Assembly (NCBI GenBank): GCA_002189035.1 | Contig: NEEC01000014.1 | Span: 930,001 to 994,000, forward strand | Length of the DNA stretch: 64,000 bases | Source of the DNA: Utricularia gibba | Taxonomy: Eukaryota; Plantae; Magnoliophyta | Direction of reading: 5' to 3' | Shown: positions 13,838 through 25,800 of the stretch, piece by piece | How the letters are laid out: every line of letters begins with the position of its first letter | Position numbering within the stretch: the first letter of the stretch is position 1 | Translations under genes and position numbers: made by a program | The notes under the pieces: generated by a model | The model's database searches: none | The model's input: only the letters and a program-made list of their open reading frames with translations | Told to the model about the DNA's origin: nothing

Positions 13838-14182
13838 TAAGGACTTGAATATTTTTATTTATTGTATTTTATTTTATTTTTTCGGGTAATACCCTCCCGT
13901 TCATTCGTTGTCCTGTTAAGTAGACCTGTTCAGATTTGCAGGAGCTTCTTGCCTGAAATCTGCCGCCTCCAAGGATCACTGTAGGTATGTATCGTTGAAT
14001 GGTTCTGTCGCGTTGTTGTTCATTTTTATGTCCTCGATTATGCCTTACTTGGTCGTGATGAATACCGTGTTTTCTTTCCTGTTTATGATCTTCTTTGGAT
14101 TCGGTGGATTCTACCCGCTGTGAATTCAGTTCGGTGTTGTTCGTGATGAACCTCACATCTTTAGGAAACTAGGAGATACGAA

Positions 14183-15173
14183 ATGCAGGGAGGCGGAGAT
14201 CCGTTTTCTGGTTTTGGGCGCCACCCTTTTGGCGTTTTTGGTGATTTCAATGGTTTTGGCGGCTTTGGAGGGAGGAGTTTAATGTCTGGGTTTTATGGTG
14301 GACATGATCCATTTGATGATCCATTTTTCGGGTCTTCTTTTGGGACGATAGCCGGGTCAGGTTTTTCCCATTCTGGTGGTTCTTTATACCCAGATGTGGC
14401 AGGAACTGCTGCAGATCAGTCTCATCGGGTTCGTCATCTGCGGGGACCAGTGATTGAGGAGTTGAACTCGGATGATGAGGAAATCTGGAGGGGGGAATTA
14501 AATCATGTAAAGGAGGATCCAAGGAAATATATGAAATCCAATAAAGATCCCGTTGTCGAGGATCCTGATGATGAAATTGCTGGTGCATTTCCATCAACTT
14601 CCTGGTCCTGTTTGGTTAAGTTTTTAGTTTGTGGATATTGACGCTCCCATCAATTGTTTTTCAGAAGAAAAGATCAAGCACATTTCAAGCTCAATGTCTG
14701 GAAAATATATGCGCCGTGTACCATCTCAACCACGGTCACAAAGCTTTACTTTTCAAAGCTCCACTGTGTCGTATGGTTGTTCAAATGGTGAATACTACAC
14801 TTCTTCAAGGACAAGGAGATCTGGAAGCGATGGAGTAATGCCAGTTCTTGGAATTTGAGTTAGTTGCAGCGTTTTAGGTACTCTGATACGTACTGATTGG
14901 GCTATTTGTTGCTCTTATAGTTATTGTTTGACGAATTCAAAGAAGCTGATTCATCAACGGGTGAAGCGACTCACAGAGTAACCCGAGACATCCAAGATAA
15001 GGTTGTATTCTTACACTTCCCTTTTAGTATCCACAAAATTCAACTTTACTTTCTTATCTCATAGGCCATGCCATTTTATTCGTTTCGTGGTATAGGGTCA
15101 TTCTGTCACTCGGAAACTGACATCATCTGGCCATGTGAATAGTATGCAGACTTTTCATAATTTGAATGAAGGT

Positions 15174-15213
<40 letters not shown>

Positions 15214-15757
15214 TGTGCTGGGAATCGGTGTAGCTTTTTCAATGACAGTTCTCCTGCCATTACAATCTTTTTGTGTGTTTTGAAGATGAGCTTTTGGGCT
15301 TCAACGAGGCGTGGAGGGGAAATGCACCAAATCATCTTCCTCGGTACACGAACCACGGTAACAGAGCAATACTTTTCGTCATTGTGTGTGCTGCATATAC
15401 AAGTTTTCTATCCGAAGAAGATTTATCTTCCAAATCATAAATTTTTTCCACAAGCTCCTTGCTTTCTGGTAATGCTGGTCACTGACCCCGGATTTCCTTG
15501 GCATCCTTCGCATTTAGTGTTCTGATAACCGGGTTGAACAGATATGCCAACCCAGAGCAAAGAATCTCCTCTAACTACAGTTTGATCCTCGAAATCTTCT
15601 AGGTTCTGGAAGCATCAGCCAGCAACAGCGTTACGATATGGGCAGATATGCACTTCCTTCCAGCAAAGAATCATACAAACCTGATCCTGCTAATCATAGA
15701 ATTGGAACTGGCCCTTCCCATTCCCAGTCCTGGTCTGGCTTTCAGCGCCATGGCTAG
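14183..15757 (+). CDS. Glycine/phenylalanine-rich protein, myeloid leukemia factor (MLF)-like, 6 coding exons
   Basis: N-terminus MQGGGDPFSGFG..HDPFDDPFF and GPVIEEL. Later exons SFTFQSSTVSYG..YYTSSRTRRSGSDG | LLFDEFKEADSSTGEATHRV | GHSVTRKLTSSG..QTFHNLNE | DELLGFNEAWRG | ..FQRHG-TAG (15755-15757), all in phase. Family assignment is from memory of plant MLF-like proteins. Confidence 0.85.
15176..15212 (+). repeat. T37 homopolymer just after an intron donor
   Basis: Donor GT at 15172, then GG, then 37 T. Confidence 0.9.
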
Positions 15758-16076
15758 TTAAGGTTACTGAAGGGGCAGTCAGTTTCATAACCATGATTAG
15801 CTCTTACTGTAGTTTGAATTGCTGGATTGATTCAGTCTTAGTACTAAGATAGTTGATATGCTATACTGCTGTTACAGAAAATCACCGACACAAATGTAAG
15901 CAAAATTATCGAAGAATATAACATGGATTTGCATGTGTTTTTGTCTGTACTGAAACTGACTTTATTTTTGTCTCGCTATTTGCTTTTTTTTTTTTTGGAT
16001 GGAAAACCGGTGGATCAAACGAGAGGACATCCCTATCTGAGTTAGCATGCAAAACCATGTATTCTTCTGCATAGAG

Positions 16077-16652
16077 TTAGGCGCTCTTGTCGCAGGCAGC
16101 ACCAACATACGCAATATTTAGCCCCTTACCCACCGGCAGGAGCACCGTTCTCTTGATCGGAAACTTCCAACCAAGTACGCTTCTCCACCGGAAATCACGC
16201 GCCACCGCGGTGTTGGCGTTCTTGCATATCAAAACTGCCCCCCGTTTCGACAGCTTAGCCGCCTTCAACACTCTCATGAAGTCTTTCCGGCAGCAATCCA
16301 CCACCATGAAATCCACCCCTTCTATCCCGGTCATCGCTGTCTCCGCCTGCCCGACGATCACTTCCGCTTCCTGACCGGCTTCTGCGATCGCCGTCTTATA
16401 CTCCGACGATGTGTTTTCATCGGGGACGACGCAAATGTGTCTCCCTCCAGTATGACGTGTCGCAACGGAAAGTCCGGCGCTGGTTGCCGTCGCCCCGCCG
16501 CGGCGCCATGCTTCGACGATAAGTTTAGCGTTCCACCCGGCGGCCATGGCGGAGATAAGCTCGGCTCCCGTCGGCTCCTGGAAATTCCCTACCGATTTCA
16601 CGGTGTCGATGTACGCTTCCATGGCTGATTCCGGTGACCAAACCATCTTCAT
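16077..16652 (-). CDS. DUF1442 family protein, single exon, 191 aa
   Basis: MKMVWSPESAMEAYIDTVKS..AELISAMAAGWNAKLIVEAW..RHTGGRHICVVPDE..DFMVVDC..GAVLICKNA..TVLLPVGKGLNIAYV matches the plant DUF1442 pattern. Confidence 0.9.
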   Translation of the reverse strand: MKMVWSPESAMEAYIDTVKSVGNFQEPTGAELISAMAAGWNAKLIVEAWRRGGATATSAGLSVATRHTGGRHICVVPDENTSSEYKTAIAEAGQEAEVIVGQAETAMTGIEGVDFMVVDCCRKDFMRVLKAAKLSKRGAVLICKNANTAVARDFRWRSVLGWKFPIKRTVLLPVGKGLNIAYVGAACDKSA

Positions 16653-16743
16653 TTCCCTTCCGTATCCTTTTCCGGGCTCCTGTACAATCCTCTAAACAAA
16701 AATATATATATGCCCACATAGACCAAGGTACCCTAATTAAAAA

Positions 16744-16750
16744 ACGTGGC
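16744..16750 (+). promoter_or_regulatory. ABRE core ACGTGGC about 90 bp upstream of the DUF1442 start
   Basis: Exact motif match in proximal promoter position; function not testable here. Confidence 0.3.
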
Positions 16751-17316
16751 CTATTAAGGGTTGACTTTTGGCCTGTAAAGAAAAATGATAAATAATAAAA
16801 TATCGCTATATTTTTAATAAAATTATTAAAGCAAAACAGTTGGTCACTTTCTACTGCATCTCAGCCGTTGATAACGTCAACGATGCACTAGAGAAATCCT
16901 GATTGGCTTTGTGCTTGACACACATCAGATGGGATAAACCAAAAGGGCTGTCTTGCTACTGAGGATGGGGACAGCCAGTCGCCATTTGGGGGAACTGGGT
17001 ACCCTCTGTCTCAAGCAATTGAATTTGTTGACTTAGCATTAAAGCAGTAGGTCAAATTCATTGAGCCAAGTCCCTTTTCTGTGGAGGTGAGATGGTAAAT
17101 ACTCTGAATTCTGCTTTATTACAACTAATGAAGGAATCTGCTAGTTAAGATGAAGGATGATCCAATATACGAAGTACAGGGAGCAAGCTTCAAGCCGCCT
17201 TGAAGCATGCTAGCCTATGTCTGTACACAGGGGAGGAACCATCTGTGCTGTTCCTTGATGCCCTGCTTCTTCAAAACCTGGGGAGGCAAACGAAGGTGAT
17301 GACTGATGGGGTTTGG

Positions 17317-19214
17317 TCAGGATCTGGGAAGCCTGTTGCAGTTTGCTGTGGCGAATCCGATGCGGTGTTTCTCGTTGTCATAGATTACAAGCTTATCCAG
17401 GAAGGAAATGTCTGCATGGAAGAGAACTGAGGCGTTCAGTTTTGTGGACTGAGAATCTGGAGGTGTGGAAATTGTTACCTCCGATCACATTGGTGTTGCC
17501 AAGTCCTGCTTCACTGCCATTCAAGATGCCTAAACAGACGTTGCCACGTTCCTGCGTAACAAGTTTCAAGTGGGGGTGAAAAACTAAACTACGATTCTTT
17601 TGGTTCACTACACAATCTAAACCACGTTGCTCACAGTGATGATCAGATACGAATGGGGGTGCAGCTGAAACTGTGCATTGTTTGCATGGGTGAAACTCAG
17701 AGTCAGAGTCTTGAAGAAACTCGATACATCAGAGACCGATTTGAAGGGCCTTGTACCCTTCCAGCAGACAGGAAGGGAGCCATCTTCTGCTGCATCTTTT
17801 AGTTGCTTCCCTTTTAAGTTCTCTTTGATCTGAAAGCATATAAAAATACATACATGACAAGTTTGTCAAGCGTAAAAGCTTCTGGGAAACTCCCCCGAAC
17901 AGTTTATTCTCACCAGAGATACAAGGGAATTATACGGTTGAGAGCTGAAGTAGGTATACGTGCTTCCACTGTCGAAAACCACTGAGAGGCCCCTGATTTT
18001 TGTTGCTTTGCCATCAAACAGAACATTTGCTGGGCCAGGCGAATAGTGATTCCTGATAACAATTTGAACATAACAAAGCAAAACCATAACATCAGGTAGC
18101 TGCATTATGTTTGGTCGAGAAGTAAGACATAAAACTCACGATTGGCTCTGCATCGACATCCATGTGATCCCAGATTTAGGAAGAAAGGCTTCTCCAAAAA
18201 CTAGAAACCCATCACCCTGCGTGCTAAAGCAATGACCAAGAACGTTTCTTGTAAGGCCTAAACCTTTCAGCTGGGCCATAATGCTAGAGTTGCCCAAGCC
18301 AAGACCAAGTACTCCATCAGTAAAAGGTAGGTGAGATGAATCTTGAACTTGTTGGTTGTACCCACAACTAGAAATTGAGAGAGGAACCTTGTAAGTTGTG
18401 ATGAATAACTATTTAAAAGATATCTCATCAAAAAAACTCCTTACCCAAATCCCAGTTGTGGTGCAGATGACTTGCCATTTGTGAATCTAATATGGAAATA
18501 ATCTTTGAGCAATACACCCATTGACGAGCCTGAGTCGGCATATTCCACTTCATAATCACACTGCTGTTGGGGTGCTTTACAATTAACATCACCAGACCCT
18601 TGAATAGAAGCACACAATGGATCTTTACAGCTAATAAGGTTCCTCCTAGGCTTGTAATGCGGGTGAGGAGCCTAGACAACAAATATCACTAAAAAGAAAT
18701 CAGCATGATGCTGGAAATCATTTCATTGCACTTGAAACATCAAAATGAATTTGCAAATTCACCGGATGGCAGCTAGAACAAGGTGCATCACACTGGAGCC
18801 AAGTGAGATCACTGCCAGTATCTATGTCAAGAAAGTATGGCTTTGGAGGCTGGCCAATGTTGATGGTGACATGATAGTACCTGAAACAAACTCACGAGAA
18901 TCAAGACAATAAACCCAGAAACTGACAATTCGATATCAGTGCACAGAAAGAAATAACAGCAATTCACGGGATTCCATCCTCAAACATTAAGTCAACTACA
19001 AGATCAAATCTTTCAACATTTTCATCATAATCGAGACGCACCCTTTAGGGTAAACGTTTCCAGAAACAGGGAAAACCAGCGAAGACGCAGAAATCGTGGA
19101 CTGGTCCTTGGAGATGACATTAGGAAGAAAAGAAGGTGCCCCAAGCCAAGGCAAGAAGATCAAAACTACCACCACCACTACCACCCGCCTGGAACACAAG
19201 CTCCGATTCGCCAT
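17317..19214 (-). CDS. Aspartic proteinase, Asp1/nucellin-like (A1 family), 7 exons traced
   Basis: Signal-like N-terminus MANRSLCSRRVVVVVVVLIFLPW, VFPVSGNVYPKG|YYHVTINIGQPPKPYFLDIDTGSDLTWLQCDAPC (first catalytic DTG), VVFDSGSTYTYF (second catalytic D), GNVCLGILNG, VIYDNEKHRIGF..NCNRLPRS-TGA. The exact 3' end is slightly uncertain. Confidence 0.93.
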
Positions 19215-19810
19215 CGATGAAAGAAAAACACCGTCTCTTAACCAGAAAACACGCACACCCACAAACAAAGAATAGCTAAAATAGGAACCAGGTACGTTCA
19301 AATGCAGTAGCTGCAGCGGTGGTGGGCTGGCAGTACCTGGTCTTCTTGGAAGCTTCCTTCCATTTCCACGCGCAAAGCTACAGAACTTTTCTACGCGAAG
19401 ACAAGACGCCGAACTGAAGTCCAACGCATCCATAAATGAAACTTGCTCTGTTCACACAACGAACAAAAAAATCAAAAATTGAATAATGACTTTTTTCTTA
19501 AACAAATAAAGAAATAAAAGTGTAAATAAAATGAAAAACCCAATTTTTTTTGAAAAATATTTCAAACATGATTTATCATTTTCGAATTATAGTATTATTT
19601 TGTAACCCTTAAAAAAAATATAATTCACTAAATGAGAATAGAAAATAAGAATTAAATATTAAAAAAACGTGGTCTACTATGCTGGTACAATAGAGTAAGC
19701 ATAGAGTACAACATCAACCATCCTCGGCATTGCAGAGGCAACAGTAAGTAGTCACTTGTCCATTTTCCCTGCAAACAACCAGAGAGAAGAGATTTCCAGA
19801 CCTGGGAGGA

Positions 19811-22800
19811 TCATAGCAGCCTTTGTTGGCGAGTGTACTCCCAGAGCGCAATGGCACCACTGACATGAACATTAAGGGACCTCACAACTCCCAGCTGCGG
19901 GATTTCGATGCAAGAATCCAAAGAATGAATGATCTCTACTGGTATGCCTTCCTTCTCACGACCAAGAACCAGCACCTGTGGGGTGGCGATACTCAAACAC
20001 ATCGTTCATTTACACGAGTTGCGTGATTCGAAGAGCTTGGTGATATCAGGTTTGGAAACTGTTTTTGGATTTTGGAATCTGGGAGAGAACATTTAAAGAG
20101 AGGATGGAGTATGTGACTCACACTCTTGGTGGGGAATTTGTACTGGTCTAGAGATGTGCTGTTTGCTGTTTGTTCCAGACCAAGAATAGCAAAGCCCTCT
20201 TGCCTTTTCTTCTCCAGAAATCTCTTCATGGCTGCCTCAGGAACTTCAAGAATGGGAACCCACTTCTCTGCAGTGACACTAACGGAAAGAAGGAATTGTT
20301 AGAAGGACAAATTTCAACTGAGAAGGATTGAAATGCAAACGATACTGGGAACTGAGTTTCACATTTGATAACTTGAGAAAAGATTATATGATTCTGCTAA
20401 TCATAGTGATTTTCAATAGATAAAGCTGCCTTCAGCTCCAATACAAGTTCTAAGTATGCGTTAGTACCTGATAAGCTGAAATTGCTTGTCATTCAGTACA
20501 CCTTTGTTGGAAATGGCAAGCCCAGCTGCTCTAAATACCTAGAGAAAACAACAAAGAAACCAAATCAGATGTCAAAACTGCCACTAAAACAAAACGTTTC
20601 AGCAGGCTGGAAAGTAATCCAGGCGAAGAACCTCGCAAGTTCGTGCCAATCCAGCAAGATTAGGGATCCGATCGATTAGCGATGCGACAAGGATGATTTG
20701 CTGTCTGCTAGTTTTCAACTTATCTGCAATGACACCTCTTAAGTGCAGCAACCCATCAAGGAGTCTGTCTTCCTCTTCAATAGCTGCATTCAGAGCAAAT
20801 GGTTTGAATTATGCAAACTTGCTTTCCTGCAAACACATTCACTGCTTGTTCTCGATATGAACAGAAAGTATTGGATATCTCAGCAACGCAAACCAAACAG
20901 ACCAAGTGTTAAATCCGTAATCGTCAAGTACTAAAAGCACGTTTGAATAATGCATATAAACCAGATAAGCCAGAGCCAAGTTATCACCTGAGAGTGATTC
21001 ACAAAATGTTTTATCCTTCAACAAAATTTCAGATGCCGTAGTATGCTGGTCACTGTGGGAGATCCTAAACTTTCTTTGAAAATCTTGTAGTGATTCTTGT
21101 TGATACCTTACTACAGGTAGTTCCCCATCATTTATCTTAAGTTCACTAAATTTTGATGAGTCATCAATGAGAATGGTCTCGTTCTTGATAGCAGCAGCAT
21201 CGTTAGCCATTGAGGACCTAAGGTCTTCCCTTGTGTTCTAAATAAGTTAAAATAAAAAGCATTACCACTTCATTAAAATGGAAAAAAACCAATAAGCAAA
21301 GCAACTTACATTCAGAAAATCGTTTACTTTATCCATAAGAGTTGCAGGAACACATTCAAATTCATGATCCTAGAAGCATCAACAAAATAAAAAGGTGTCA
21401 CGAGGATGTAAAAAGAAAACAGTTTCATATCACCTTTTTTTTTGTGAGACACACAAATAGAGTCTATTGCACATGCCATTGATAAAATGATGTCCCAGAA
21501 CAGGAATTCCAAAAGAACACTACAAATAAGGAAAATAATAATAATACTGATAGCGAACTTGAGCCACCACGGACTCATTTGAATTGGTTTCAAATTCTAG
21601 CATAACGATCAATCTTGCCAACTCATCAAGGCTTTGCATACTGACCTCTACCCTACTGGTAAAAATTCCACCAGGTGATATAGACTTCACAGGATCAAAA
21701 GCATCAAGATGACTCCCCATGCATGATCTTAATCTGCATCAGCAATTCACGAATAAACACACACTGCAACACTGAATAGCATTCAACATCAACAATTGTG
21801 TAGGGACTATGTAGTAGCATGTTCCTTGAATCCGATGTAAAAACTAGGCTCTGTGAATACCAAAAAAAAAAAAAAAAAAAAAAAAAACCAGTAGATAAGG
21901 CCAGTACTTATTTTAATTATGTGATATTATTTACTGCACTTCATGCACTATTACAGCTTATATAGCAGAATCAGAATTGGGGTTCAGTCCTCATTCATGA
22001 TCTCTTTGGTCACCATCTTGAGAATGACATTGGGAAACCAAGTGGCAAACCTTGACTACGAAAAATTTACTGCATTGAGTCAGGCTTACCGTGCACAATC
22101 TGGGTTGCCTGCCAAATGACGCAGTAAGTCTACAAAGCACCTCCTCTCAAGGGGCATGCACGGATAGTCAGAAGCATTTGGACCAGAAAACAGCTTTTGA
22201 AGAACATTGTACACCAGTATCTGTGAATGGGATAGATGCATATAATATCAAATGGACTATATACCACCTTCTAGCCATCACTAGAGACTTACCTGTGTAA
22301 ATCCACGTAAGCTGTGATGATGGGATGTCAGCAATGGGATGATTGGAGGGAGTAGTTCATCTAAATGCGATAGCTGGGAATCTTTTTGACCATGGAGAAT
22401 AACATTGGATGCAATAAATACATATGATGACAACGCCTGTAAAGAAGGGTAAATCATGGAAGTGTTGAAGAAACTGAAGTTTAAGTACTAGAAACATTTG
22501 ACTGAGATGGAGAACAATTTAATCTTAAGTTTCCACCACTGGCTCCCCTTAAAACGCTATGAAAAAATGAAATTCAAGATTAGGAAAAGGAATCTAAAAT
22601 AGGGAACACAGCCAACCGAAACCTGCTAGAAGATTCAGGTCAGGGAAATGGAAAGCCCAGAGTAATTGATATTTAAATGCTGAGAATATCACACTCCAAT
22701 TGACAGACCTAAACAAACTAAGAAAAACATTCTCCTTGGAAATTACAATGCAAAACATCTTCTTTTTTATGGTTCATCACTGCCACCGAGAAATTTCAAA

Positions 22801-25800
22801 TAAACTTGTAAATGAGCACATAGAAACACTAAATTGTCATACAACCCTAATGCATACTTCACAGAATGGAATACCATAATTTCCATGAAAAAGGACGCAA
22901 AAAACATTTCATTTTTTCACACCTGAGGTCGCAAATCAAAATTCCTTAATTGAGGGACGAGCTGTTGGCCAACCTACGCAAAAGGTAAGCCCGAGGATAA
23001 GAATAGCTCAAGAGGAGGGACAAAACGAAGTAGAGAACGCAAAAAATTGCAGTAAACGAATAAATTTTTTGCTAAATGGAAATGAGAAAAAACCCATGGA
23101 TAAAGGAACCAAAATGGAAAAAAAATCAGAAAAAATGTTACCATTGAAGGGAATTTCATATAAATATAGATAGCAAAATTTTCCAAATATTGACGAACCG
23201 AAGGCAAGTTGTTCTTCTGCAAGAAAACAATAATGCACTTTAGCTAAACAATAAGCTTTAACTAAGCATGTGAACAATGGGTCCAGTACTGTTTCCATCT
23301 CAATGTCGACTACAAGCGAGAATGTTTAACCAAATGCTTCACATTATATAATTACATTCAAGTGCCATGAAACCATCATTTTTCAATCTTTCTATGAATC
23401 CCACACTAAATACCTTACAGAAAAAAAAAAAAAGCACTGTAACCCTTATTCATTTTGCAGGAGTTAAATGAGAAACCTATGGCTGGCTAAGCGATGGTTT
23501 AGGGTACTAAGAACAAAGAGGATTTAATAAAATAGTCATTCGCTGGCATAACAACTCACACAAATTGCTTGGTGCAAATTTGATGTTATTTGCTCTAAGA
23601 TATCACTGTCCACAAAGCGTGATAAAGCGCATATCATTTGCCATGCCCGAACTTTCCGCCGGTGGACCTGAAAAGAATTGAAGTAATGAGTTCAATTATT
23701 CAGAAGTTGAAAAATGAAATACTCAAGAGACGCAATTGGCACTAAAATGAAATTGGGTCTCTTGGTTATGACCATATTAGATGAGCTATGAAGAGTTATG
23801 ACCATATAAAATGAGCTCAATTATTCAGATGTTTAAAATAATGTGAACATTTGGAACTTACTGCACTAAACTTTTTATACAGCTCCTTGGAGAGTTCTTT
23901 GTCGCTAACCTGCCATGTAATGGGCAATCAGTCATTTAACAGAACATCACGTTTGAGAAATAAAGCAACTGGGATAAAGACATGCACAAATTCTGCAGAT
24001 GCAAAGTTCCAGAGGTAAGTTCAATGAAGGGTAAGGAACTTAATAATGTCACGAGTCTTCTTTAGTGAAAAAATTTCAGTTCACAAGCCAAGAAGTTAGA
24101 GGAGATTGAAGGCAGTGACAAGACCAAAGAGTTGCAACAAAAAAATTGAAAAAAAAAAGAATGAGAAAGAGAAAGTACCACAGATTTGAGCAGTTCCAGA
24201 AGAAATGATTTCCCAGATGAAATAGCAGCATCTCTATCTCCAGCACTGATGGCTACATTTCTTGTTTCAGCCATGTCTGCAAGTTTGGAGAAAAGAACAG
24301 CAACAGATACACGTGCATACAATTCCGTATTAATAAAGACCTGATCACATGAAGAGTTACATATCATAAGATGACAAAAATGTCAGATGATAGCAATTCA
24401 CTAGGTTATAATAAATAGAAATAAACAGGTTTAACATACAAATGAATGAAACTCACAGAACCAGCAGTTGATGCTGGGGCACAAAATATCAAAAGCACCA
24501 CTTACAGCCGTTAACTCAGGATCTAGGCTCTGAGACAGCATTGATACTTCTGTCCTGGCATCATTATTTTCAGCCAGCTCGGCTTCAAAATCCTCATCAA
24601 ACGCAACTGAAAAATCAATCATTTACAGTAATTAATGTCACATTATGAAACTCATATAAATTGCAAGATGTGATTTATAGCCCACGAGCTCATACAAAAA
24701 TATAGTTTCAGCCATACCCGAGCCATAAAATGTAAGCAACTTCAGCTCTTGAAAGTAATATTTTATTGTTCTTGGATATGCGAGCCAAAGCCCACATAAA
24801 TGTAATGCTGCCAGACGTATGGTTCGTGGACTTTTTGTTCCTTCATCAATAATTCTCTGAACAAGCTGCAGAGATCAGATTTCACATTAATAAAAAAATG
24901 GTGAGAAAAATAATGAAACACTTAATGGTCAAGAGGATACACATACCCACTTCAGAGGACCAGGACCATCGTTAAATTCATGCATGCTTTCATTCCCAAA
25001 TAAAAAATAATGTAGAACAGCAGACAGTAGTGCAGCAATAGGTGCCACCTTTCTCTTGTTGCAGCTTACATGCAATAACCATGAAGACTGAACCAAGCGC
25101 AAGATCATCTGACAATACAACAGGATTACGTTGATGGATCAATAAAAAATATAAAAAAAAAAATGAAGTGATCTCTCTTTGAACTCAAAGACCCGTATCA
25201 ATCAACATACACACATACCAAAGATATCATAAATACAAAAAAAAAAAAAAACATGAAGTGCTCTTTCTTTGGACTCAATTATCCATATGAATCAACATAC
25301 AAATTCATGTATATCCAGGATATCAGACTCAAATTATGTCTTGCAAAATGTATGCTGTATAAATTTAATAAAGATTTATGATAAAAATAACTTAACTTTG
25401 GACGGGCATGGGCACAAAGGACAAAAGTGGGGGACACTAAGAAAAAACGTGTTGAGTCAATTTAAATATGATAAGATGAGAGCAAAAACTGAAAGAGCAG
25501 AATGAAACAATGAACGAAATGTGGACACTGGAGCAGTCCCTAACAGGATATGTTCAGATTATTACTCCTTTCCGATGCTTAAAGCACAAAGAGAATGGAA
25601 TATAGTACTAAACCTCCATGGTCAAGCCTCTTGGTGGTGAAATAACAGTATCAACCGCTTTAGATGCAAACAAATCCATAATTAATCTGACGGATCTTAG
25701 CATTGGCAATGCAGACACTTCGCCAGCATTTTCAAGGCTGCAAGCTCATTTAAAAAGTAACATGCTCAGAACAAAAAAAAAAAAAAAAAAAAAGAACTAA

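Noticed and set aside
16586-16600. 15-nt GTAGGGAATTTCCAG in DUF1442, bounded by GT..AG at the position where homologs are recalled to have an intron
   Set aside because: Far too short to splice, and it encodes VGNFQ, which corresponds to coding residues (CxxFxE-like) in homologs.
17200-17316. Possible extra final exon of the aspartic protease via AG|GCTTCC to CCCCAG|
   Set aside because: The donor is very weak and direct read-through already gives a normal end (NRLPRS-stop).
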